This document shows positions 28,394 through 38,612 of a stretch of DNA of 64,000 bases, piece by piece. The stretch comes from Sedimentisphaerales bacterium. GTDB lineage: Bacteria > Planctomycetota > Phycisphaerae > Sedimentisphaerales > Anaerobacaceae. The notes under the pieces are model-generated. The model saw nothing but the letters and a program-made list of their open reading frames with translations. It made no database searches and was not told the DNA's origin. Each line of letters opens with the position of its first letter. The stretch's first letter is position 1. The position numbers and the translations under genes are program-made. The stretch spans positions 1,920,001 to 1,984,000 of the forward strand of contig OY970194.1 in the NCBI GenBank assembly GCA_963708075.1, written 5' to 3'.

Positions 28394-29818
28394 TCAGAAC
28401 ACGATCACGCGCGCAGGATTGGACGGCCGGCAAACATGGACCGCACAAGCCAGACACGGGTCAAATGAATGAATGATGCGCAAGACCTCGATAGGCTGCC
28501 TGGAATCTGCCACCGGCGTCCCGACCAGGGCCTTCTCCATCGGCCCCGGCTTCTGTTGGTCATCTCTGGGCGAACCATTCCAGCAGGTCGGCGTGACCAC
28601 CTGGTAGTGGGCGATCTTCCCGCCCCGAATCTTCAGCCAGTGTCCCAAGGCCCCGCGCGGGGCTTCGGTCAGTCCGGCCGCCTCTGCGTCGGCCGGGGCG
28701 GCCCACCCCGTGTAGACCGGTTCATCCACCTTGATCTCGTTAAGCCAGCCCGGCAGCGCTTCCACGATCTCCCGAGCCTCGACGGCCCGTGCCCGATGTC
28801 GATCATGAACGGAGATCCCCTTTCGATACGAGCCACTGATCATCATCCGGGCCAGTGGACCTGTTTCATAAGGTTGGCCTTCATACCGGGGAGCCTTGAG
28901 CCACGAATACGCCCCCTCTTTGGGATACACGGCCTGAGTTGCACCATTGGAGGGGTGGCGGTTCGTCGAGCCATCATCGTACCATGAACACCTGACCTGT
29001 TCTGTGACAGCATCGGGATTCATCGGCTGGATCTGCAAACCTCCGTCGGTCAGCCGCCCAGCGGTGAAGAACTGTCCTTTCCCGGCCGCATCCAACGCGA
29101 ATCCCCCGAACGCCAGCAAGTTCCCGTATCCTCGGCCAAGCTGGTTATACTCAGGATACTGCGAAGCCACGAAATCCACGTCGGGCGCGTACACGCTCCG
29201 GATGAATTCAGCGACGATCCCGCAGTACTTGCGAAACTCGGCAATCTGGGCCGTCGTTGGCACATTCGTGAAACCCCCGGGGACGAACGCCGGCGAGTGC
29301 GGCTGGCGACCTGCAAACACGGCGGCCATCTCATTCGTCTGCCGGACAACCTTGAGCGCGGCCTTGTAGTGATCCACCAGTCGTGCCGAATCATCGGCGC
29401 TGATCCGGCGGTCCACATTCCACTGCGGCTCCCACGGCGGCATCTTGGGTCCCCCGACATAGTCCAGCAGCGACAGGTGATAGAAATGAAGGATATGGGA
29501 CTGGATGAAATTCGCCCCCATCACCAGATTGCGTAATACGCGAGCATTCTCTGGGATTGTCCCTTGCCCCGCCTTTTCCAGTGCCATCGCTGCAGCTACT
29601 CCGTGAGGTACCGAACAGACTCCGCAGATCCGTTGCGTCAGGTGAGGCGCCTCCGACGGGTCCCGATCCACGAGCATCGTTTCGAAGCCGCGGAAAGAGG
29701 TCCCGGATACGCGTGCATCAACAACCTGCGGCTTCCCTTCGATGGAATCAATGGTCACATCGACCCGCAGATGACCTTCCAATCGTGTCACAGGATCAAT
29801 CGTAACAACAGTCGGCAT
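28394..29818 (-). CDS. [NiFe]-hydrogenase large subunit, group 1 (1a-like)
   Basis: IDPVTRLEGH, QRICGVC, EAPRGALGHW, SFDPCLACAVH plus cleavable C-terminal tail. Confidence 0.95.
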   Translation of the reverse strand: MPTVVTIDPVTRLEGHLRVDVTIDSIEGKPQVVDARVSGTSFRGFETMLVDRDPSEAPHLTQRICGVCSVPHGVAAAMALEKAGQGTIPENARVLRNLVMGANFIQSHILHFYHLSLLDYVGGPKMPPWEPQWNVDRRISADDSARLVDHYKAALKVVRQTNEMAAVFAGRQPHSPAFVPGGFTNVPTTAQIAEFRKYCGIVAEFIRSVYAPDVDFVASQYPEYNQLGRGYGNLLAFGGFALDAAGKGQFFTAGRLTDGGLQIQPMNPDAVTEQVRCSWYDDGSTNRHPSNGATQAVYPKEGAYSWLKAPRYEGQPYETGPLARMMISGSYRKGISVHDRHRARAVEAREIVEALPGWLNEIKVDEPVYTGWAAPADAEAAGLTEAPRGALGHWLKIRGGKIAHYQVVTPTCWNGSPRDDQQKPGPMEKALVGTPVADSRQPIEVLRIIHSFDPCLACAVHVCRPSNPARVIVF

Positions 29819-29855
29819 AACCCAAGCTCCCGTATCTGATCTTACTCTTGCGGCG

Positions 29856-30776
29856 TCATCCTCGACCGCGGCCCGGGCCACGCGGCCCACCCCGGCCACG
29901 CCGGCGCGATAAGCTGGCGCCGGGGAAGGTTGGCTCCGTGCAACCCAGACACGGCGAGCCCGCGGCGATACACCAGTTCACCCGGTTGTTCCATTGCGTC
30001 GTCGGACAGGGAGCCGATGCGTCCTCGCCTCGACAACCGAGCGCCTCCATACACTGCCCCCTCACGCCAAGACTTCTGGTCTCTCCCCGGTCATGGAACG
30101 GACACTGATCGCACATTCTTCCGCTGGGATAGATAGAGGCAGGCCGGCCCGAGTTGTCCAGAGGGACGGTCTTTCCCTGGAGCAACTGAACCAGTGTCTC
30201 GACGATCCAATTCGGATGTGGCGGACAGCCGGGGACATTGATGGTGTCTTTTCCAATCGCTTCCCGGACGCTCTTGACAGCCGTCGGATTGGCTCCCATT
30301 GCGGAAACCCCGCCATAGGCCGCGCAGGTCCCGACACAGACAACCCGCGTTGCTTTTTCTGAGAGGGTCCGCACCGCCTCCTGGAAAGGCACTTCCCTGC
30401 CTCCGTCCGACCATGGGATACAGGCATGGCCGCCAAAGGCCGTCGGCACACCTCCCTCGACGAGCAAAATGAAGTTCGTCGCCGCCTTGACGCCTGTTAC
30501 GACCGATTCTCCCGCTCCGGCAGACAGAGTCGGGTGATAGACAAGATTCATGCTCTTGATCAGCACATCGGTGGCGTCGACCGGCTCCGATGACGAGATG
30601 TAGTTCAGGAATGAGATCGTGCATCCGCTGCAGCCACTGCCCTGAAGCCACAACACCGATGGAGTGTTGGGGTCGGCCAGTGCCGCCTCCAGTCCCACCA
30701 GGTCCTCCGGACCCAATCCCAGTGCTGTCGATGCCAGTGCACAGTGCTTTAGAAATGTTCGGCGAGAAATCTGCAT
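29856..30776 (-). CDS. [NiFe]-hydrogenase small subunit, Tat-exported
   Basis: SRRTFLK Tat signal; CSGC, GTCAAYGG, PGCPPHP, WCIAAGSPCLGC. Confidence 0.95.
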   Translation of the reverse strand: MQISRRTFLKHCALASTALGLGPEDLVGLEAALADPNTPSVLWLQGSGCSGCTISFLNYISSSEPVDATDVLIKSMNLVYHPTLSAGAGESVVTGVKAATNFILLVEGGVPTAFGGHACIPWSDGGREVPFQEAVRTLSEKATRVVCVGTCAAYGGVSAMGANPTAVKSVREAIGKDTINVPGCPPHPNWIVETLVQLLQGKTVPLDNSGRPASIYPSGRMCDQCPFHDRGETRSLGVRGQCMEALGCRGEDASAPCPTTQWNNRVNWCIAAGSPCLGCTEPTFPGASLSRRRGRGGPRGPGRGRG

Positions 30777-31050
30777 TCGCAATCACCTCTCACTGATGGC
30801 TATACGTCCTGATCAGCCGCGCAATCCCCAAGCCGGGTGAGCTTCCCGATGGGCGAAACCGCCTGCATTACACAACTTGTGCATCTGCCTTGATAGTGGC
30901 TGAATGCCAGAAACGGTGACAAGAAATCCTCTTGTTTTACCGTCAGCCCTGATTGCTGACCGCGCAGACGGCCTCCACCCGAGGCTCCAGCGTGTCGGCC
31001 CTTGGCGTCTTCGCGCATCTTGGTCGAACTACGACCTCGTTCGCTCCCAC

Positions 31051-34000
31051 TCAGAACTCGTAGCGCAAGCCGCCGATGACAGCCTGGGAATCATAATGGC
31101 TGCGGATCTCGCCGGTATAGTGGATGGCCAGGCTGAGGCGATCCTTGTTGATCAGGGTCAGGCCCGCGCCAAGGAGGACGCCGTCCCGGTCGATGTCCCG
31201 GCTGTCGATGGCAAATGCAGTCGTCGGTGCACCATCGAATCTGGCCACGATGGTGCGATCGTCGATGTCGAAATCGTGGTCCCAGGCGACCGTCAACTCG
31301 GGAATGACGAGCCAGGAGTCCTTGTGGAACGGGCGCGTCAGTCGCAGGCCAAGGTCGGAGATCAGGGCGTCGGTCTTGCGCTCGCCGACGACGAGGTTCG
31401 CGCCGCCCGCGCCGGTTCCACGGAACCCTTCCTCATCGAGATAGAGGCACCGCAGGGCGGCAAACGGCTGGAGGACCCAACGCCCCACATCGAGGTTGCA
31501 GCCGGTCTCGGCATAGGCCGAGTAGAGGTCGCCATCGTGGTCGCTTTGAGCCACGGTGGACAGGTCGCCGATATCGATTTGACGCACGTTGCCATAGCCT
31601 TGGCGTCCGTAGGATAGCGTCGTATCGACGTACCGCCGGCCGGTGAAGTAACTGCCGTACAGAGAGCCGAAGTAGCTGTCGACATCACCCTGGGACAGGT
31701 CGCCATCGGTACGGATATCGGCGCGGGATTCGCTATAGCTGACGCCCGCGAGCACGTTGTCCTCCAGGAGGTAATCGAGACCGAGCGCCGCGCCGGCGAG
31801 GTGGTAGTCGAACCCGGTGAAACCATCGTGGGATTCCGCGTTGGCCCAATGACCGAATCCCTCGGTCCACGTGCCGTAACGTGGCGTCCCCTCGCTCAGA
31901 GAGCCGCCGGCCTCCTGAACGTGCCGACGCAGGCTGTGCATCCGTTTGACCAGAGTCTGCGTGTATTGATAGCTCACGTCGAACGTGCTGGTGGTCAGGA
32001 GGTCGTAGGTGGCCGGACTCAGGCGGTCATAGGCGGCCGCCAGGCTCTCCACATCCGGCAAGGCCAGCAACTCCGCCGCAAACGGCGCGAAGCCCGCCGA
32101 TCCGCCGGCCGCCTGGATGCGGTCGATGTATGCGCCGATGCTCCGCTGATTCGCATTCAGACCCATCGGCATCGTGTCGACGGTGGCACGGATTTGCACG
32201 TCCGTCTCATTGGGAAACAGAAGCTCGTAAGTCACCATGGCGGACTGCTCGGTCAGAAGCGTCAGACCGGAATCGGTGACGCCCTCCGCACTGGTCAAAA
32301 TCGTAGCTTGGTGCAGGCCGGACGTGAAGTAGCCGGCATTGACCAACTCCACCTGGGCCGTGCCGGCAAGGTCGGAGCCTCCGCTGATATCCAGGCGGTC
32401 GGCCTGATCGGAGCCGGCATCCAGATCCACGGCGAGGATGCCTGAACTCGATTGGGCGAGGTGGCCCGTGAGATTCGTGGCCATGATGGTTCCCGACCCG
32501 CCCGGGGCAAGCGTGCCGTCATTGCTCAACGTGTTTGACGCGCCAAGATTGACCGCAGCGCCGGCATTCAGCAGGCCTGTCGCGTTGTTGTGCAACGCGT
32601 TGCCGCCCGTGCCGAGATCGACGCTGCCGCTGACGGTCCCGTCGTTGTCAATGATGTCATTGCCTGTGCCGGCGACGATGGCCGCGCCGCTCAGCGCGAA
32701 GATGCTGCCGGCGTTGGCCAGTGTGTTCTCGGCGCCGTCCATGAGGTACACGCCGGCGCCCGTGCCCGAGCCGCCCTGGACGGTGCCGCCGAGGATATTG
32801 ACGGAAATGTCCCCGTTGGCATCGCCACCGACGCTCTGGGCCAGGATGCCGTGTGAGTTCAGGCCATAAGCCGTAATATCGCCGTCAACAGTGATATCGA
32901 TCGGGGACCCGACATCCTGGCGGTCCGGGAGAACTTGATTCGCACCCCATCGAACATTGCTGTAGTCATCTTCCACGGGCAGCCCGTCCGTCGTGATAAA
33001 TCCCTGGGCATCCATGGTCACGGTTCTTTGCGTCACCGCGTCGTTGAGTCCGCCGGCGCTCTGGGCGAAGATGCCGTGTGATGCGCCGCCATAAGTGGTG
33101 ATATCGCCTGCGTGGCTGATCGTGATCCGGCCGGCGGAGCCATCGCCGCCGGTGCTGCCGGCAAAGCCCAGACCACCGGTCACCTGACCGCCGACACCGC
33201 CGCCGCCACCCACGCTCTGGGCGAAGATGCCGTAGGAGCCGGAGCCCTGGGTAACGATGTCCCCCGTGCCGGCGATGGTGACCGCCCCGCCGTCTCCGGC
33301 GCTGCCACCACCCTGACCGAAGGCGAGATTGATGCCGGATTCGCTGATGCCGCCGTCGACGTTGCCACCGATGCCGCCGCCCCCGCCGATACTCTGAGCG
33401 AAGATGCCGTGCGCGGCCGCACCGGTTGTCGCAACGGTGCCGACGATGTTGACATCTATGGCGCCGCCATCGCCGGCCGCACCACCGGCCCCACCGACAC
33501 CGACCGTTCCGTCGTCTCCCACGGCGCCGAACCCGCCGATGCCGCCACCGGCGCCGATGCTCTGGGCCAGGATGCCGAACGAGCCATCACGCAACGTCGT
33601 GATATTACCCTCGTTGCGGATACTGATGTCGTTGCCGTCGCCGCTGCTGCCCGCCTTGCCTCCCACGACAATAGCCAGGTCGGCCTCAGACTCGATGGGC
33701 GCCAGATCAAGGAAGGGTGCTATGTCTTCCGGCACGCCAAGATCCGTCCAATCGAGACCGTGGGAGCCGTCGCCGCCCGTGCCGCCGCCGCCGCCGATAC
33801 TCTGGGCGAAGATGCCCACGGCATCGGCGTTGCGGGTCACGATATTTCCGACGTTATCCACGGAGACACTGCCGGCGTCGCCGCCGGCGCCGGCATCGCC
33901 GCCGACACTGATGTTGATGGCCTTGCTGAACTCCAGGGAAGGCGGAGGATCAGACGGGCTCCAGTTGGCAGGGTCGATGCTCAGGGTCATCGCGCGGGCG

Positions 34001-37000
34001 TTGCCGCCGACCCCGCCACCGCCGCCCACGCTCTGCGCGAAGATCCCGTGAGAGCTGTCACCGGCCGTGTCAATGCCGCCCTGATTGAGGATGTGGACGT
34101 CGTTGCCGTCGTTGGCCGCCCCGCCCTTGCCGCCGATGGCCAAGGCAAAATCGATCTTGATCTCCGGCTGAGGCGTCTCGCCGCCCCCGCCGCCGCCCTC
34201 CGGGGCCTCGGGCACGGAGATGTTGGCTGTAGCGGCAACGCTTCTGCCGCCGTTGCCACCGCCGCCGCCAACGCTCTGGGCATAGATGCCGTACGAGAAA
34301 TCCTCGTGGGTGACAATCGTGCCCCCGTTGGTCACATCGACGATACCGGCATGGCCGCCCGCGCCACCCTCACCGCCGATGCTGACGGCCAGATTCACGC
34401 TGCCCGTGATCGGGATTTCCGGCGGCATGGGGATCAGACTGCTGAAGTTGACCATGACGGCGCCCGCGGCGCCGCCGTTGCCGCCGCCACCGCCGATGCT
34501 CTGGGCCACGATCCCGTGCGAGAACTCGTCCCAGGTTTCAATGGTGCCGCTGTTGTTGACATCGACCGCGCCGCCACTGTTGCCGAGGCCTCCGGCACCG
34601 CCGAGGCCAAAGCTCAACCCGCCGAAGGCGGTCAGGGCCGCACTGAGGCTCAGACCCCCGTTGCCGCCGCCTCCGCCGACGCTCTGGGCCATGATCCCGT
34701 AGCTCTGCCAGCCATCCGTCGTGATGCTGGTGCCATTGTCGACGTCAACGCTCCCGCCGCGACCGCCCGCGCCGCCGTTGCCGCCGAAGCTGAAGCCCAG
34801 CGTCGTAGCGCCAAGCGCGGCGCCCGAAACGGCAGCGCCGCCGTTGCCGCCGCCCCCGCCGACGCTTTGCGCAAAGATGCCGTAGGCGCGGTCGCCGTAC
34901 GTCTCGATTCCGCCAGACACGGGATCAAGCTCCGTCTGAACGTGGACAGCATCTGCTCTTCCACCCGTGCCGCCACTGCCGCCGAAACTGAGGTTGAGAC
35001 TGGTGCCGCCACCGAAGCTGCCGGCAAAGCTGAACCCGCCGCTACCACCCCCGCCGCCGACACTCTGCGCCAGGATGGCATGTGCGTCGTTACCGTCCGT
35101 GATAATATGGCTGGCACTGTTGACGTTCACGATGCCGCCCGTGCTGCCTGTGCCGCCGCTGCCGCCGAAGGCGAGATTCGCCGAAATTGGCGCGAAAGCG
35201 CTGCCCGCGATGGCGTATCCGCCGGCGCCGCCGCCTCCGCCGACACTCTGCGCCAGGATGCCGTAGGCGCCGTCGCCGGAGGTGGAGAGGATCGCGTGCA
35301 GCGGGTCGAGCTCCATGCCCACGTTCACCGCGCCGGCGGCTCCCGCGCTGCCCCCTGCGCCACCCAGGGACAGATTGAGGCTGGCACCGCCTGCCCCCGC
35401 GGCGATGCTGAATCCTCCGGCCCCGCCGCCGCCCCCAATGCTTTGGGCGAGTACGGCATGAGCCTCCTGCCCGGAGGTCGTGATGGCCCCGTCGGCCTGG
35501 ACTTGCACGGAGCTGCCATTGCCGCCGGCGCCGCCTGTGCCGCCGATCGCCACACTGACGCCTGCTCCCGCGTGGGCTGCAATCGCGAATCCTCCTGTTC
35601 CGCCGCCCCCGCCCACGCTCTGGGCGAGAATTCCATAGGAACGGTCTCCCTCGGTCGTGATCGTGGCGTCATTGAGATTGGCGATGTCCACCTCACTGCC
35701 ATGGCCGCCTATGCCGGCGTCGCCGCCGATAACGACGCTCAGCGACCCGGACCCACTCACCGCCCCGCCACCATTGCCGCCACCCCCGCCCACACTCTGC
35801 GCGAAGATGCCGTGTGCGTCGTTCGCGTCGGTGGTGATTGTGCCCGCGTCATTCATCACCGTTACGCTGCCGGCGTTGCCGCCGCCGCCCCCGGAGCCAC
35901 CGACGGTGATCCAGCCGCCGGACAGGCCACCGTTGCCACCGCCCCCACCGATGCTCTCCGCAAAGATGCCATGAGCATCAAGCCCGTGTGTGTGAATCGT
36001 GCCGGTGTTGATGACCGTGACGTCGTTGCCGTCGCTGGTGCCGCTGCCCTCGCCGCCGATGGCGACCATTCCGCTGGTGCCGCCGCCGTCGCCGCCGCCG
36101 CCGCCGACGCTCTGGGCGTAGAGGCCGAAGGCATCCGGGCCGAAGGTCTCGACGGAACCATTGTTGGTGACCACGACGTTGCCGCCGTGACCGCCGGCCG
36201 CACCGGTCCCGCCCAGGCTGGCAAACAACCCGAATTCGCCTCCGCCGCTGCCGCCCCCGCCCCCGATGCTCTGGCCGTAAACGCCATGAGAGTATGCTTC
36301 ATGCGTGATCACCACGCCGCCGACTCCGTTCGTGACCGCCACATCCCCGCCACTGCCAGCGGAGCCGCCGTCGCCGCCGAAGGACCAGAACAGACCCCAA
36401 CTCGTGCTGCCCGCGCCGCCGAAGCCGCCCACACTCTGGCCATAGAGGCCGAAGGAGTTGGACTCCCAGGTTTCGATTCTGCCGCCGCTGCTGAGGGTCA
36501 CGTTGCCGCCATTCGTCGCCTGGCCGCCGCCGCCCGGGCTGCCGAAAAGCCAGCCGCCGCTGCCGCCCGCGCCGGCGTTTCCACCGAGGCTCTTAGCCCA
36601 GATGCCGTGCGCCTTTTCACCGCTGGTAGTGATGTCCCAATCGCCATCGACCAGGACCTCGCCGCCCCGGCCACCGGAGCCGCCGCTGCCACCCGGCATC
36701 GCGCCCGAGCCGCTGCCGCCCGCCCCGCCGTTGCCACCGACACTCAGCGCGAGGATGCCGGTGGAATAGTCGCCCGCGGTCGTGATCGTGGCATCGCCCT
36801 CCACGGTGACCAGACCACCGTCGCCTCCGGTTCCGCCCCTGGCGCCATGTCGGAAGGCCCCGCCATTGCCGCCCGGACCGCCGACCCCGCCCGCGCTGAC
36901 GGCCACGATACCGCTGGACTCGTTGGCATCGGTAATAACGCTCCCGTAGGCCGTAACCGAAACGTGACCGCCGTCACTTCCTCCGCCGCCCCCGCTGGCG

Positions 37001-38193
37001 CTGTGACTGATACTGCCGCCTCCCCCGCCTGTCCCGGAGCCGCCCTGGCTTTGCGCGAGGATGCCGTGCGACTGGAGGCCCTTCGTCCTGATAGGCCCAT
37101 TGCTTGTGACCGTGACACTATTGCCTGTACCGCCGACGCCGGCCTGGGCAATCAGCCCGTCCACGTAGCGCTGCAGGTCGGGAAAGACGGTCGGTACATA
37201 GGTGGGATCGTTCGGGTCTTCCTGCGGCTTGAGACTCACGCCATATTTATCGAAGTATGCCTCCGTGCTCCAGGACAGGCCGCCCTCCGTCCGGGTCACC
37301 GTAGTAATGAGGGTGCCCTCGATGTCGTTGGTGTCGCCCGAGCTGTTCCTTCCCAGAACGTTGTAGCGCACGGCCGCATAACGCACCTCGTTGACGTCGA
37401 TGTCGTTAAAGTCACTGCCGGGGTCGAAAGCATAGGTTCCATTCGCATCGATCGTGAAAACGCCCGCGGTGCCCCCGAGATCGTTGCCGTCGGCGTCAAT
37501 GATTCGGCCCGCCACGGGTGCACCCAGAACCGCGTTCGGCTCCGCGATGGATGTCACCTCAAACGTAAAGTCGCTCTCGGAGAAACCCTGGAGGTCCGTG
37601 ATGACCGCGGCAGGATAGCCGGGAGTGGCGCTGCCGGCGCTGATTCCGTGGGCTGCCGTCCCGTCCGTGGTGATATTGCTGTCGCTGATGACCTCCACGA
37701 GTCCACCGCCCAACTCGGAACTGCCGGGGATGGGGATATGGAGGAAGGGGTCTTCAGGCACAGGGGCGAAGTAAGACGGACTGCCATAGGCATGGGCATA
37801 AATCCCGTCCGCACCGTCGCCGGTGGTGGAAATGACGACAGGCACCTCACCGTCTCCGCTGTGGACGATCACGTTCTCGCCGAAAGTGTTATCGAAGTGG
37901 ATACCGTCGATGCCGGGGGTGGGAGTGATTGGGCCGATCAGGCTGTTGACCTCGAGCACGTGGACAGGGGGCGAGAAGAAATCGCCCGGGGTAATGACAA
38001 TCGGGTCGCCGAAGAAAATGAAGCGACGATACCAGACCGTACTCTGAATGCCGTCGGACTGATCGCCCGTAAAGGTTGCCGAATCGCCGTCCAGGCCGGG
38101 CAGATCAGGTCCGGCAGTCGCTTGTGGAGCGACCGTGAAGAGGACCATCAGCACCACGGACGCCAAGGCTACCGGATCTCTCGTGGATCTCAT
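31051..38193 (-). CDS. large Gly-rich autotransporter/adhesin (type V)
   Basis: signal peptide; about two dozen (H/Y)GI.AQS(V/I)GGGGG repeats; C-terminal beta-barrel ending in YEF. Confidence 0.9.
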   Translation of the reverse strand: MRSTRDPVALASVVLMVLFTVAPQATAGPDLPGLDGDSATFTGDQSDGIQSTVWYRRFIFFGDPIVITPGDFFSPPVHVLEVNSLIGPITPTPGIDGIHFDNTFGENVIVHSGDGEVPVVISTTGDGADGIYAHAYGSPSYFAPVPEDPFLHIPIPGSSELGGGLVEVISDSNITTDGTAAHGISAGSATPGYPAAVITDLQGFSESDFTFEVTSIAEPNAVLGAPVAGRIIDADGNDLGGTAGVFTIDANGTYAFDPGSDFNDIDVNEVRYAAVRYNVLGRNSSGDTNDIEGTLITTVTRTEGGLSWSTEAYFDKYGVSLKPQEDPNDPTYVPTVFPDLQRYVDGLIAQAGVGGTGNSVTVTSNGPIRTKGLQSHGILAQSQGGSGTGGGGGSISHSASGGGGGSDGGHVSVTAYGSVITDANESSGIVAVSAGGVGGPGGNGGAFRHGARGGTGGDGGLVTVEGDATITTAGDYSTGILALSVGGNGGAGGSGSGAMPGGSGGSGGRGGEVLVDGDWDITTSGEKAHGIWAKSLGGNAGAGGSGGWLFGSPGGGGQATNGGNVTLSSGGRIETWESNSFGLYGQSVGGFGGAGSTSWGLFWSFGGDGGSAGSGGDVAVTNGVGGVVITHEAYSHGVYGQSIGGGGGSGGGEFGLFASLGGTGAAGGHGGNVVVTNNGSVETFGPDAFGLYAQSVGGGGGDGGGTSGMVAIGGEGSGTSDGNDVTVINTGTIHTHGLDAHGIFAESIGGGGGNGGLSGGWITVGGSGGGGGNAGSVTVMNDAGTITTDANDAHGIFAQSVGGGGGNGGGAVSGSGSLSVVIGGDAGIGGHGSEVDIANLNDATITTEGDRSYGILAQSVGGGGGTGGFAIAAHAGAGVSVAIGGTGGAGGNGSSVQVQADGAITTSGQEAHAVLAQSIGGGGGAGGFSIAAGAGGASLNLSLGGAGGSAGAAGAVNVGMELDPLHAILSTSGDGAYGILAQSVGGGGGAGGYAIAGSAFAPISANLAFGGSGGTGSTGGIVNVNSASHIITDGNDAHAILAQSVGGGGGSGGFSFAGSFGGGTSLNLSFGGSGGTGGRADAVHVQTELDPVSGGIETYGDRAYGIFAQSVGGGGGNGGAAVSGAALGATTLGFSFGGNGGAGGRGGSVDVDNGTSITTDGWQSYGIMAQSVGGGGGNGGLSLSAALTAFGGLSFGLGGAGGLGNSGGAVDVNNSGTIETWDEFSHGIVAQSIGGGGGNGGAAGAVMVNFSSLIPMPPEIPITGSVNLAVSIGGEGGAGGHAGIVDVTNGGTIVTHEDFSYGIYAQSVGGGGGNGGRSVAATANISVPEAPEGGGGGGETPQPEIKIDFALAIGGKGGAANDGNDVHILNQGGIDTAGDSSHGIFAQSVGGGGGVGGNARAMTLSIDPANWSPSDPPPSLEFSKAINISVGGDAGAGGDAGSVSVDNVGNIVTRNADAVGIFAQSIGGGGGTGGDGSHGLDWTDLGVPEDIAPFLDLAPIESEADLAIVVGGKAGSSGDGNDISIRNEGNITTLRDGSFGILAQSIGAGGGIGGFGAVGDDGTVGVGGAGGAAGDGGAIDVNIVGTVATTGAAAHGIFAQSIGGGGGIGGNVDGGISESGINLAFGQGGGSAGDGGAVTIAGTGDIVTQGSGSYGIFAQSVGGGGGVGGQVTGGLGFAGSTGGDGSAGRITISHAGDITTYGGASHGIFAQSAGGLNDAVTQRTVTMDAQGFITTDGLPVEDDYSNVRWGANQVLPDRQDVGSPIDITVDGDITAYGLNSHGILAQSVGGDANGDISVNILGGTVQGGSGTGAGVYLMDGAENTLANAGSIFALSGAAIVAGTGNDIIDNDGTVSGSVDLGTGGNALHNNATGLLNAGAAVNLGASNTLSNDGTLAPGGSGTIMATNLTGHLAQSSSGILAVDLDAGSDQADRLDISGGSDLAGTAQVELVNAGYFTSGLHQATILTSAEGVTDSGLTLLTEQSAMVTYELLFPNETDVQIRATVDTMPMGLNANQRSIGAYIDRIQAAGGSAGFAPFAAELLALPDVESLAAAYDRLSPATYDLLTTSTFDVSYQYTQTLVKRMHSLRRHVQEAGGSLSEGTPRYGTWTEGFGHWANAESHDGFTGFDYHLAGAALGLDYLLEDNVLAGVSYSESRADIRTDGDLSQGDVDSYFGSLYGSYFTGRRYVDTTLSYGRQGYGNVRQIDIGDLSTVAQSDHDGDLYSAYAETGCNLDVGRWVLQPFAALRCLYLDEEGFRGTGAGGANLVVGERKTDALISDLGLRLTRPFHKDSWLVIPELTVAWDHDFDIDDRTIVARFDGAPTTAFAIDSRDIDRDGVLLGAGLTLINKDRLSLAIHYTGEIRSHYDSQAVIGGLRYEF

Positions 38194-38612
38194 TTTCTGC
38201 CCATCCTAAAAGAGTGGATAAGAAGCGGGTACACGGGGGTACTCTGCGGGCGTGCCATGACCCCACACGAGAACTGCTCGCGAGGTCGGTTCCATCCAGG
38301 TGAAACGGCGTGTCGATAAACGAGGTTCTCTCGATCCTGCACGAGACATCCACGGCACACATCCAACCGGTATCATTATATTCAGTGACAGGAGGACTGT
38401 CAACCATCACCGGCGAAAAGCCGGGGATTGCTGGAAGCCAGGGAGCCGCATCGTTCAACGGATCTGCAGAGGTGAGAGACTCGTCCTGCGATCAGAGTTC
38501 ATGCAGTTCGCCTTCGTGGGACGAGAGACATGTGTATGTCCACTGGTCGCTCAGGAGAAGCAAACAGCAGCCGTGCCACGCAACGGCCCCAACACTCTTT
38601 CGATGAAGCACA

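Noticed and set aside
28394..28480. [NiFeSe] hydrogenase
   Set aside because: L2 motif is DPCLAC with Cys and no in-frame TGA
33112..38319. 1735-aa plus-strand ORF
   Set aside because: Antisense shadow of the Gly-rich autotransporter; GGC codons read as GCC (Ala) and stops are rare; no motifs
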